From the NCBI GenBank assembly GCA_043228905.1, contig JBHGNT010000005.1, positions 18,662,001 to 18,726,000 on the forward strand: a stretch of DNA of 64,000 bases. The letters run 5' to 3'. Shown here one piece after another: positions 11,561 to 23,150 of this stretch. The notes under the pieces were generated by a model that was not told the DNA's origin, ran no database searches, and saw nothing but the letters and a program-made list of their open reading frames with translations. A program made the position numbers and the translations under genes. Numbering within the stretch: position 1 is the stretch's first letter; each line of letters starts with the position of its first letter. The stretch comes from Azolla caroliniana (taxonomy: Eukaryota; Plantae; Polypodiophyta).

Positions 11561-12503
11561 GTTGATCACCGTCCTGATATTGTCGGTGTCTCCAAAGCAG
11601 GCTTTAAACTCACTAATAAAATCTTCAAAGTTATTAAGCAAGGGCGATTGTTTTTCTAGAAGCGGAGCGAAGCATGCTAAGGCTGAGCCACTAAGCAACG
11701 TGCCTATTAGGCCGACTTGGGATGCATCAGTGGGGTATCGGGAAGGATGCATTTGGATAACTAATCGTATCTGATTAAGGAATCCCCTGAATTGCAATCA
11801 CGTTCCATCAAATTTCACAGGAAGTCCAATCTTCGGCTCTTTATGAAATGCTTGGGGACTTGATCCTTGTTGTTGCAATGCTACTTCGAGTTGTTGGACC
11901 CCTAACGCTAACTCCCCATGTTGTTGCTGCGTTTGTTGTTTTTCTAGAGCGATTTGTTGCAGATCCCCTATCAGCCGTTGGTTTTCTTGTTCCAAGGCAA
12001 CAAATTTTTCTTTTAGGCACTGTAGGTCGGAGAAAACGGATTGATATTCTTGGGCGCTAATAGTAGCCATAGTATAGGGAAAAGGGTAGGAGGATGAGAG
12101 AGAACGACAAGTAGACTTGAGGAGGAAATTTTGGTTCAAACTGTCAGGAATAGTACTAAGCAGAGAGAGAATTAGTACTAAAGAAGAGAAGTACTATTAG
12201 TACTAAGAGGATAGGACTGTGTAAGATTCCCGAGAGAGAAAGAGAGAAGAGGAGAGAGAGATAGCGAGGATGAGAGAGAGAGAGGGATGATGATAACAGT
12301 TAATATATTATGTGAAGGATAAGTACAAAGTGACTAAGAGGCTTAAGACTGGCGTTGAACCAATTTGATTCAAAACAATGCCTTTTGCCTCCTTATATAG
12401 TGCTCTCAGGAGTAGTCCTGAAGCTTCTAGAATGTTCCAGAGAAATCTAGAATATACATTAATTTCTTATAATAAATCATAAATGAAAAGGCATATCATG
12501 ACA
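11560..12503 (-). mobile_element. Truncated Tcn1/sushi-like chromovirus: 5' LTR plus gag fragment
   Basis: LTR 12142-12503 (TGTCA...TGACA) interrupts the host RT at YEFLVMPF. Sushi/PEG10-type gag (LPVKFDG...FRGFLNQ...LLSGSAL...LLNNFEDF). No tRNA-type PBS. Confidence 0.8.
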
Positions 12504-14535
12504 AAAGGCATAACCAAAAACTCATAATTGTCATAGTGCGTACGAAATGTCGTTTTAGGAACATCATCCTCACTTATACGAATTTGATGGTAGCCCGTAC
12601 GAAGATCAAGTTTCGTAAAATACCGAGCTCCCTAGAGACGGTCAATTAGATCGTCAGCCCGGGGCAATGGATATGAATTCTTGATCGTCACTTTATTGAG
12701 GCGTCGGTAATTAATACACATACGCCATCTGCCCTCTTTCTTTTTTACCAAGAGAACTGGTGCACCCCATGGAGATTTACTATAACGTATATAACCCATT
12801 CGTAAATAGTCCTTGAGTTGCTTAGATACCTCATCCTCTTCGGATCGACTTAAGCGATAAGGAGGTATACTTATTGGTGCAACGTCAGGTACAATATCTA
12901 TACGATGGTCTATATTACATTTAGGAGGTAACCCATCTGGTAGTTCACTCGGAAAAACATCATGAAAATCATTTAAGATTTCATCAAGTTGTTGTTGTTC
13001 AAAATATGTTAATTGAACCGAGATATTATCGATATTGTAAACGTGAATGTCCGGATCAAGTACACAATAAAATAGAGTAGAACAAGACAACTCGGATATT
13101 GATGGACACGAGGAAACAATCGCGAGGGATTGTTTTTTGACACATTGAATAAAATGAGTACAATCGTTCAGTACAAAAGTTATTGAATGATGAACCCAAT
13201 CAATAGATAAAGAAGAGTTTTTATTATAAAACCAGGGATAACCCAGTATTACATCGGTGGTACAAAGATTCATTACATGGAAGTCTACTTCCTCTATATA
13301 AGTATCAATAGAAATTCCTAATGAATGAATCACCCCGTTGATGTATTGCACTCTTCCATCAGCCAAGTGCACCATGTAGGTGTGATCACTTACGGTGGGT
13401 TGGATTTCCCATATCTAAACCAAACGATCATTGACAAAGTTGTGTGAGCTTCCCGAATCAAATAAAAATTGTACAGGAGATCCATTGATATACTCGTTTG
13501 CACGTAGTAAATCATTGGGTCCCAATACCTAGTGAGGGAAAGAACATTGACAATTACTTAAATGATGTGAATAGACCTCAAGGACATTAGGAATCTAACC
13601 TTTATGGTCTGCAGCTTTTGCTTTGTTGTCGTGCTCTTTTCATTGGAGCTTTCGACATTGCTCTTTTGTATGACCCTTCTTTTTTCATAATACGCAAAAA
13701 GGATGTTGTCGCTTACAATCGCGATCCATGAATTCGTTGGGTGTCTTACGTTTCCCAGTGAATTGCGACTGCTTAGTCCCGGGCGCTTTGTTGGGTTTGT
13801 TATGGTCCTTCTTCGAAGTGCGTTGATAGTGAAGAACTATTTCAACGGCCTCTTCGAAGGATTTTGGATCCTTATCGTACACTATTCAATGATAGTCCGA
13901 AATGGGGATGCCATTGACAAAACAAGCTATTAACCAATTGTCCCCTTCTAGACCCGATTTTTGGATTTGGGTTCTAGCATGGTGGACATAGTCTTCTAGC
14001 GAGGAAAATTTCCAGCTAGAGAGGTTCATTAACGCTTGTGTTACCTCGGTTCGAGAGGGAGGTCGCAGAAATTGGCCCTTGAAAACTATGACAAAATCTG
14101 TCAAGGTATCGGGCAATTTCCCCAAAGTTCGGAGCCCATGCCACCAGGCGGCAACCTTACCCCCTAGGCGGCGACCAACATATGCAATCTTCGTACTATC
14201 TGGCGTGGGATAGAGCTCAAAATGAGACTCCCATCGTCCTAGCCACGTGTAGATTGCTTCTTCGGTTCTTTCCTTTTTTTCTCCTATAAATGGCTTTACG
14301 ACAAATGATGGTTCACCCTGACGCTCATCGGGTCTATTAGTCTCACATTGTAAACTAATGACACGTGCCTCGAGAGCATTTTGAGATTGCCAAAGTTCGG
14401 ACATTTGAAGCACGTAGTTGAACTAAGGAAATCTTGTATTTGTAAAAAATACGACTCAATGGACATTTGTCCAGGAGGATTTCCTTGAGTTCCTTCCGCT
14501 TGAGCGGATGACATCAGGTTGTTATTTTGAGCCAT
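12504..14535 (-). pseudogene. gag-protease-RT remnant of copy A
   Basis: Motifs [31 protein letters not shown] and YPLPRADDL, plus gag fragments. Confidence 0.88.
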
Positions 14536-17349
14536 TGAATGATTATTTCTGGCAAAAAAATAGGATAAGGTCAGACAAATAGTCTTAACATCAAGTCGTA
14601 ATGTAAACATATCATGGGTCAACATTAATCGATATCATGATCTCACGTCAATACCCCTCTAGACGTATGAGATAAAGTTCAAGATTAGGTTACTATGGTA
14701 ACACAAACGTGTTTTAAAAACCATGGGGGTTACAAATAAATGTCTTTCCTTGATCTCTATATTGATTTTTTCATGGCGGCTCCCCGAGGCTCAACCATGT
14801 ATGTTTGCGGCATGAATAGTTTATACACAAAAAAAATGTTTCTGTGCCAATGAATGTGGTTTCAGCTCTTCAATTCCTGTTACGAGGACCCAGAAGTGCA
14901 CTTAGACCTAAAGTCTAAACATGTATTATAGTCATATGTATCAATATTGTTGTATGGTCTTGGTCATATTTGAACTCGAGACCTCAAGAACAAATGCATT
15001 AAACACTTAAGTTAACCAAATAGGTTGCTCATGTTGAATGTTTAATATTTTATACGTATAAGAGATATGTGAGGCATTTGCCCATATATGTTTTTTTAAA
15101 AGAAACATATATGTCAAGAGTCATTATTTCCCTCTCATTTACCACAAACTATGTTGCTAGGTTACCTAACCTCAAGTCTCATAATTACGATGGCATACGC
15201 CAAAGTGCAACCCAATGGTCAACCCAAATGAACCATCTTTTCGTAGTAGGCCCACGTGGCCCATCACATGGTTACGTCATTACGAAGGCCTCTCGTAAGA
15301 ATGATCTCATGGTGGCATCGTATCCATGTAATGAGGGAGGGATGTTGGATATGTGTGTCATAGGAGCGACCTCACATGAAGTGGGCCAAGCCCTACGTTC
15401 TCAACATCATTGTGGCTATGAGAGTTTCGTTACATAAAGAAATCGAAGTGACCAATGGGGATGTCAACAAAAAAATTGTTGAAAAAAGGATGGTGACTAC
15501 ACCATTCTCACAAAAACGTGAGGACGGTTCCCAAGATCCTTTCCCCGAAAAGGACAACATTCGATATAAAGATCACGTAATATCAAATATACCCATGTTT
15601 ATTTATCACATATATATGATCAAATACGTATACACATGACCACATATGCGTATATTAAAAAAATCGTAATATCAAATAGCCAACATATGATGAAATCAAG
15701 ACACGTAATCGAGGCATATAAGCCTCTACGCACACGAAACATCCAAAAATAACGGTTAATCGTAATACGCAATTGAGGTATTGACCTCTTATGCATATGA
15801 CACCAAACGCATATCATTTATATAAAAATTGAGGTATTGACCTCATATGCAAACGTAACATATCTATCTGAACGTTGTCGAGGTAATCCGCACGCGCATG
15901 TTAGATCCGGGGTAGGACCATAGGGGTCTTGGACCTGAGAAAGACGGAGCATGGAAGGTCGAGCTTCACCGTTACCGGCGATCGGCCAGGACACCAACCA
16001 CAACATTTCCGGATACGTACCGGGAGCAACCGAATGAGAGAGGGGAAAGGACGCGCACACAACACTGACTAGACACCTGCATCCTATGTACAGAAACCAG
16101 AAAGAAAGAACTCCAAAGACACCGACATAGACACAGATGCACAGAACTTCACTATATATATATACAAGAGCAAGATACAACTCTAGCCTTGAGGCGGACC
16201 AAGGTAGATTAGGTTACAACAACGTTCTGCTGCCAAGCCGCCGATCGGGGAGCTCATGGGCTAGTCGTGTCGAGCGGGGTCTTGCACAGGAGACAGAGCG
16301 AAAGTGAAACCCCCTTAGGGCATATGAACTCTAAACCGGACTAAACCTTAAACAAACATGAAGAAGAAGACCTCACAGAAACTCTAAAAGAAAGTAAAAA
16401 GAAGAAAACTACCAAACCCTAGATCTAAGTGGTATACCCTCCTAACTCAAAATTGCAACCCTTTTACAAGGGATCCTCCCTTCCTTTTATAGTCCAAGGA
16501 GGGAGGGACGTTACAATGTGGGATAAATCCCTTATTATATGGGATTCTCTATCCCAACTTAACTCCTCTTCCGTGCCATAAAGGCACCCCATTATCTTAC
16601 ACGGGTATACAAGTGTGAGTGCTCACGTCGCACCCTCCCAATATTCCCAATAGGCCCGGTTTTCTCACTATAGCCGTGAATCTTCACGACATCTGCTCCC
16701 ACCAAACTGCACATCCACCGGTGCGTACCAAATTTGAAGAGATTTCGGCCGAAGTAAGCAACCGGCCTTTCGTAATCTACATCCCGACTACCGTGTTGGC
16801 CTCTGCCAATCCGAACCGTCGGCCCCAGTTCCATCCTCGCACTCGCCTCTCCGTAGGCTTGATCGAGTTGTCGTCAGGTCATTTGCCGCGATCTTCTCTC
16901 GTACACATGCTCGTCCCATGGCCCTTGATCAACCATATGCACGCTCCTCGCTTCCCGTATACTTGGTGTCCTCCACGTCCGAGGACCACCTGTAGTGGCC
17001 CGTCGTTTCTCTGCATATCGGTGTCCTCTGTGTTCGAGAAACACCCCGTGTTGGCCCACTTGGCCCCTTTCGTTCCGCGCTGTTACAATTGGTTTGACAC
17101 CATACACTTGCCGTCGTCCCCTTGCTCCCACCAGCTTGTTATCTCGGGCTTGGCTTGCCACGTGAGTCGTTGCCACTCTGAATGAGCCATCGAGATCTTC
17201 GAAGCGGGTGTGCAGGATCCTCCTTCGGTCACCAATACCGTTTCCGGCTACCGACCCGTGCAGCCTATCCCGCGCCCGGTTTCTGACCTGACACCACCGT
17301 GTGCTGTCTTCCACCTTCCTTACTCGGCACTGCCTGTGCCGAACACCGT

Positions 17350-20300
17350 TGTCGTAGTGTGAATCACACACTATGTGAAATATGTAAAATAATATATCCG
17401 ATTTAAAGTACGTATTATAAATAAAATTGGGAGACTACAACAAAGAAGGGAATCGACGCAACCACGGTGGAGCAATTGCTGAAGGAGATGGAGAATCTGA
17501 AAATTGTGATGGTGAAGAAGACGGAAAACCGTCCCACAAGTTCCAAGTACATGGACCGTCGATGCATATTGTGCGATAGCACCGAACATCAACGGAGAGA
17601 TTGCGACAAGCACAAGTAGGTGCTACGACGGGATCTTATCTACTACGAGGGAAATCAGATTCATTTGATGGATTCTCGGAAGCCACTCCGACCGAACTTC
17701 CGGAAAGGCAGCATGAAGAAGGTCCTAGACGAGGAGATAGCGGCGAAGAGCAATTATGCGACAACTGCAGGAATACGTGTAGGGGAGTCATCGGGAGCAA
17801 ATGTGTCTTTTTGGCTGGAAGTGCTAGAAAACACTGAGAGAACCGACTCCAACGAGATCCAAAGCACCACGGAAGGCATCCGGGAAGCTACGGGATGGGA
17901 GTGCCCCATCGATAAGAATAGCGTATATGCCCATATGTCAATTACATGAGGTGTATGTGGACGAGAAGAGGCGATGCATGGAGGATGCAGTCGGACCATC
18001 GAAGACACCGGAGAGCTGGAACTCCGACGGAAGAGGGAAAGGAAAAACGATTCCAACATTCAAACTCGCTTCAGACATCGAACCACAGACGGACATAAAG
18101 AAAGTGTTCGAGGAGTGAAGCCTTGATACCCCAAACATGAGGAAAACTCTCGGAATAAAACAAGTACAAATCAGTCCGGATGGGGCATCTATGTACACGG
18201 CCGTAACCGGAGGAAAGAAGAAAGAATACCGAAAGGTGGAGGATAAGTTACGGTAGGCATCAATAATAAACGAAAACGAAGAAATCGTGGGAATAGTCAA
18301 AGAAGTGTTCTATGGGAGCACACTACAACGACTTGAAGAGCTCGTGGAAGATACAAGCCAGGGAATCCGGGTAATTCCGATGGAATCGGTCGAGATGTAC
18401 GAGATCATTGCGAAAATCGGGCCAGATGCGCTCCACAAAGAAGAAGCAATGGTAAGTACGAAATAGAAGACCGTGGAGAAGAAGGTGAAACCGGCCGTGG
18501 GACCACTACCCGCCGGTAACGAACAAAAGAGGAAAGAAGTCTCGGGAGATCCGACACTTCAGAAGTCCGTGGATATCGGACATGCCTTCACGGATGAGAC
18601 CCGGAAAAAACTTCGGATCAGTGGAGGTGGTTTCCTTTTACAAGATGAAGAAGAACGATTCCGTTGGATGTTGGAACTACATGGGAAAGCATTTGCATTC
18701 ACATCGAAGGAGATAGGGTGCGTTGATCTGAAGATAGTGGAGCCGATGGTGATCTTCACGATTGACCATGTGTCGTGGAACCTGAAGCCGATTCCGGTGC
18801 CGCGGGCGCATATTCCCAAAATCATCGACTTGCTGAAGGAGAAGGTGGCAATGGAGATTCTAGAGCCATCAAACGCTCCGTACTCAAATCGATGGTTTAC
18901 AGTTTCGAAGAAGAATGGGTCACTCCGATTTATCCAAGACTTGCAACCGATGAACAAGGTCATGATCCGGAACTCCGGAGTCGGTCCGATAGTGGACGAA
19001 TTTGCGGAAGCATTTGCCGGTCGTGCGATATATTCCATCGGAGACCTATACACGGGTATGACCAATTCCAACTAGCCGTGGAGAGCTGAGACATCACTAC
19101 CATGCAGACACCGATAGGATTAGTCCGAATGTCCACACAACCACAAGGAGCGAGAAACTTGGTTGCACATATGATGAATGTGTTGGGAGACAGGTCCCTC
19201 CGGATGGGAAGGGAGAAGAACAGCGCCGATGAACAAACTCGGCCGAGGACGAAACCGTATAAGGAGAACCCAGCTACGGAGAGCCGGATGGTGCAGACCC
19301 GATATGAACCGGATGAGGCGTACTCGGCTACGGAGAGCCGGATGGTGCAGACCCGGTATGAACCGGATGAAGAGACATATTCATAAATATGTTTCTGAGA
19401 GTCCATCAAGGCTATATTTGTAAATAGCCGAAAAGTCATACTAGTATAAATATGACTTAGGGCAAACTTATAGTTGCTGTTGTTGTCATTTTCTGTTTTG
19501 CACGAGATCAATGTACGTAACATTGTATAGAGAGAGAGAGAGAAAGAGGTCGTTGCCTCTGTTGTAACCGCCGCCTGTGGCGAAGATCGTGAGTCCGAGG
19601 TCGTTGCCTCCGTAAACTCACTGTTTTGTACATTCTTACATAGTGACAGTTTGCAGCCTGTGGGCTGCTGTGGTTTTTTCCCCCTAGTTTGGGGTTTTCC
19701 ACGTAAACCTCCTGTGTATCTTCCTCCTCTTTTGTGTCGTGTTCTATTTCCCGTTTTTCTGTGTATCATTCTAAGCTCGGTTGTGGCCGAGAGTTGCGCA
19801 TAAGGAACGACCAGTTCCCGTCAGAATGCAATGAACAAGGTGCTTCGAGACTGCATTCCGGAGATAATGATGTCGTTCCTAGATGACATTCCGATGAAAG
19901 GATGGGCGGTGGAAGAAAAAGATGAGACTATGCATGATCGGAGATGCCGACAGTTCGTAGTTGACCATATTCGCGATTGCGAGAAAGTGCTTTGAAAGTT
20001 AGAAGATGTGCACCTAATACTTTCTGGAGAGAAATCGGCATTCAGACAAGAAGAAATATTGGTAGTCGGACATCTATGTGGACCCTACGACCGAAGACCG
20101 TCACCAACCAAGATCGATGCGATTCAAGCTATGAAAGAAGTATGCGAGTCACAATCTGAAGTCCGAAGATTTCTTGGAGCATGTGCATTCTATCACATAT
20201 GGATTCCACACTATACACATATTGCGGACCCCCTCTATCACTTGTTGTGGAAGGGTAAGAAGTTCGAATGGAAGCCGGAGCATACCAAAGCCGTGAAGAA

Positions 20301-21444
20301 GCTCAAGAAATCACTACAGAGGGCAAAAGCACTAAAGAAGCCGAACTATGACCGACCGGTTATAGTAACAGTTGACACAAGTCCAACCGGAATTGGATGG
20401 GTCATCAATCAAGCCGATCCAGATGGTTCACGATATCCGATCTGATTTGGAGCAAAGGTTCTCAACGAAAGGCAACGTGGATATGCACAAGTCAAAAGAG
20501 AATTATGGGGAGTCGTGTCGGCAATCAAATCGGATCGAGATTATTTGATCGAAGCCAAAGTAGTGATCGAAACGGATTGTCTTCCGATACTCAGGATGAT
20601 GTGGTGTTGCATGATATCGGATGTGGCTATGCTAAGATGGAGTGCATATGTTAAGTCGCTTAATCCGGAGGTACGACACATCTCCGGAAAAGGCAACGCG
20701 GTAGCAGATATGCTATAAAGGGTGCGGTTCGAAGAGGACATAACCGAATCCGATAATGAAGAAGTTTCCGAAGACTACTTTGCTTTGGAGCACATATGCC
20801 GGGTGAACGTAATCTGAGAATTCCGGGAAGAAGAATACGAGGGAGAAAGCTTGCTGATCGGGAAAGTGCTACAAGAAATCGAGGAATCATCGGAAAATAA
20901 AGAGAAGAGAGCCGAGATTCAAAGTAAGAAGCGACAAGTCCAGAAGTTCTTCTTGAAAAATGGATTAATATGGAGGGAGCCGAAAAAACCGGATGGCATA
21001 CCACTTCGGGTAGTCGGGACGAAAGAGCAACGAAACCGGATAATGTCCGAATTTCACGAATCCAATTGGGTTGGACATCGAGGAACATGGGCAACTTTTG
21101 TGAAAATCAAACAAAAATATTGGTGGAAGAACATGTACAAAGATATAGCAGAGTTCACAGAAAGCTGCGAGAAGTGTCAAATCTTCTCCGGAGTTCGACA
21201 CCGAGATAAGTTACATCTGACGTTCTCACCGACAATCAACTTCAAATGGATGGTCGATATTGTAGCCATGCCAACCGGGATCGGACAAAAGAAGTACTTG
21301 GTGTTAGCTCGGGAAGATCTCACAAACCAAGTAGAAAACGTGTTTTGCAGTATGCCAATTTCTTTTGGAGGAGGTGTTTTGCAGGTACGGGTGCGTAGGA
21401 CAAGTTATTGCGGATCGGGGAGAACTCGACTCTGATAAAGCTAA
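17350..21444 (+). mobile_element. Deleted gypsy of the TGTCG-LTR lineage (copy D): ~78-bp LTR stub, gag, RT, RH, IN
   Basis: 17350-17428 matches the solo-LTR terminus 36790-36861 in reverse. Gag is similar to 38-2191. Motifs LRFIQDLQ, FLDDI, VDTSPTGIG and GHRGTWATF...CEKCQ. Confidence 0.85.
19181..19823 (+). mobile_element. Copia solo LTR (643 bp)
   Basis: TG...CA termini with TSD GAATG (19176-19180 and 19824-19828). Related to LTR 22408-23140. Internal 54-bp tandem duplication. Confidence 0.9.
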
Positions 21445-21495
21445 TGGTGAAGAATTCCTTAGCTTTATCAGAGTCAAGTTCTCCCCGATCCGCAA
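21408..21495. repeat. Fold-back inverted repeat, 37-bp arms, 14-nt spacer
   Basis: 21408-21444 is the reverse complement of 21459-21495 with one mismatch. Confidence 0.9.
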
Positions 21496-22861
21496 CAGTT
21501 CCTAGTAAGCCATTAGGAATCTGACCTTTATGGTCTGCAGCTTTAGCTTTGTTGTCGTGCTCTTTCCATTGGAGCTTTCGACATTACTCTTTTGTATGAC
21601 CCTTCTTTTTGCAGAATACACAAAAAGGCTGTTGTCGCTTACAATCACGATCCATGAATTCGTTGGGTGTTTTGCGTTTCCCAACGAATTGCGACTGCTT
21701 AGTCTTGGGCGCTTCCTTGGGTTTGTTGTGGTCCTTCTTGGAAGTGCGTCGATAGTGAAGAACTATTTCAATGGCCTCTTCGAAGGATTTTGAATCCTTA
21801 TCGTGCACTATCCAATGATAGTCCGAATTGGGGATGCCATTGACAAAACAAGCTATTAACCAATTGTCCCCTTCTAGACCCGATTTTTGTGTTTGGGTTC
21901 TAGCATGGTGGACATAGTCTTCTAGCGAGGAAAATTTCTGACTAGAGAGGTTCATTAAAGCTTGTGCTGCCTCGGTTTGAGAGGGAGGTTGCAAAAATTG
22001 GCCCTTGAAAACTATGACAAAATCTGTCCAGGTATCGGGAAATTTCCCCAAAGTTCAGAGCCCATGCCACTAGGCGGCAGCCTTACCCCCTAGTTCTCGG
22101 CCGACATATGCAATCTTCGTACTATCTGGTGTGGGATAGAGCTCAAAATGAGACCCCCATCGGCCCAGCCACGTGTAGAGACCTTCTTTGGTTCTTTCCT
22201 TTTTTTCTCCCATAAATGGCTTAACGACAAACAATGGTTCACCCTGTCGCTCATCAGGTCTATTAGTCTCACGTTGTAGACTAATGACACGTGCCTCGAG
22301 AGCACTTTGAGATTGCCGAAGTTTGGTCATCTATTGAGCGGTGAAACTAAGGTATTGGGTTATTTGCGAAAAATTTCATCTCAATGGACATTTGTCCAGG
22401 AGGATTCTGTTGCGAATCAACGCTCCGATTCGCCTTCACCGTTCCGGCCACAACCGAGAAATCGCGAATCAATGCAGTAGAAAATAGGAAACACAGAGAG
22501 AGACACGATAACACAGGGATTAACGTGGAAAACCCTAAACGGGAAAAACCACGGGAGTACAAGACTCCAAACCAACACTATACAGAGAAGTATACAATGG
22601 TGAGCTGCAAGGCGACGACCTTGAGCTCGCTGTCCTCGCCACAGGCGGCGGTAATACACAGAGGCAACGACCTCCTCGTTTCTTTCACTCTCTCTCTCTC
22701 TCGGCTGCTCTCACTTCACTCCCTCTAAGTGAAAACAGAAAATGAGCAGCAACACTAAACTGTTTGCCCTAAGTCATATTTATACACATATGACTTTCGG
22801 ACTATTTACACATATAGCCTCAAGGGCTCTTGGCAAACATATTTATAAATATGTCCCCGCA

Positions 22862-23086
22862 TCCGGATCTCTTTCCGGGTACATTCATCATCCGGCTCCG
22901 TAGCCGGGTCTTCGTCATCCGGCTCCGTAGCCGGGGTCTTCATCATCCGGATCCGTATCCGGGTACTTCATCATCCGGATCCGTATCCGGGTACTCTTCA
23001 TCCGGCTTCATACCGGGTATTCTTCATCATCCGGAGAGTGCGCTCACCGGACCTGTATCTTCATCCGGTTCCGTAACCGTAACCGG
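22862..23086. repeat. U3 tandem array of ~28-bp palindromic units (CCGGNT-CCGT-AN'CCGG); duplicated at ~27346-27570
   Basis: Units start at 22892, 22919, 22947, 22975, 23002, 23031 and 23065. Confidence 0.85.
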
Positions 23087-23150
23087 GCTTGCCGTCATTC
23101 ATCTCCGGACATCCCATCCGGAGGGACCGATATCCCAACAAACTCCCCCT

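Noticed and set aside
19102-19386. ORF with duplicated ATESRMVQTRYEPDE
   Set aside because: It is a 54-bp tandem duplication inside a solo LTR.
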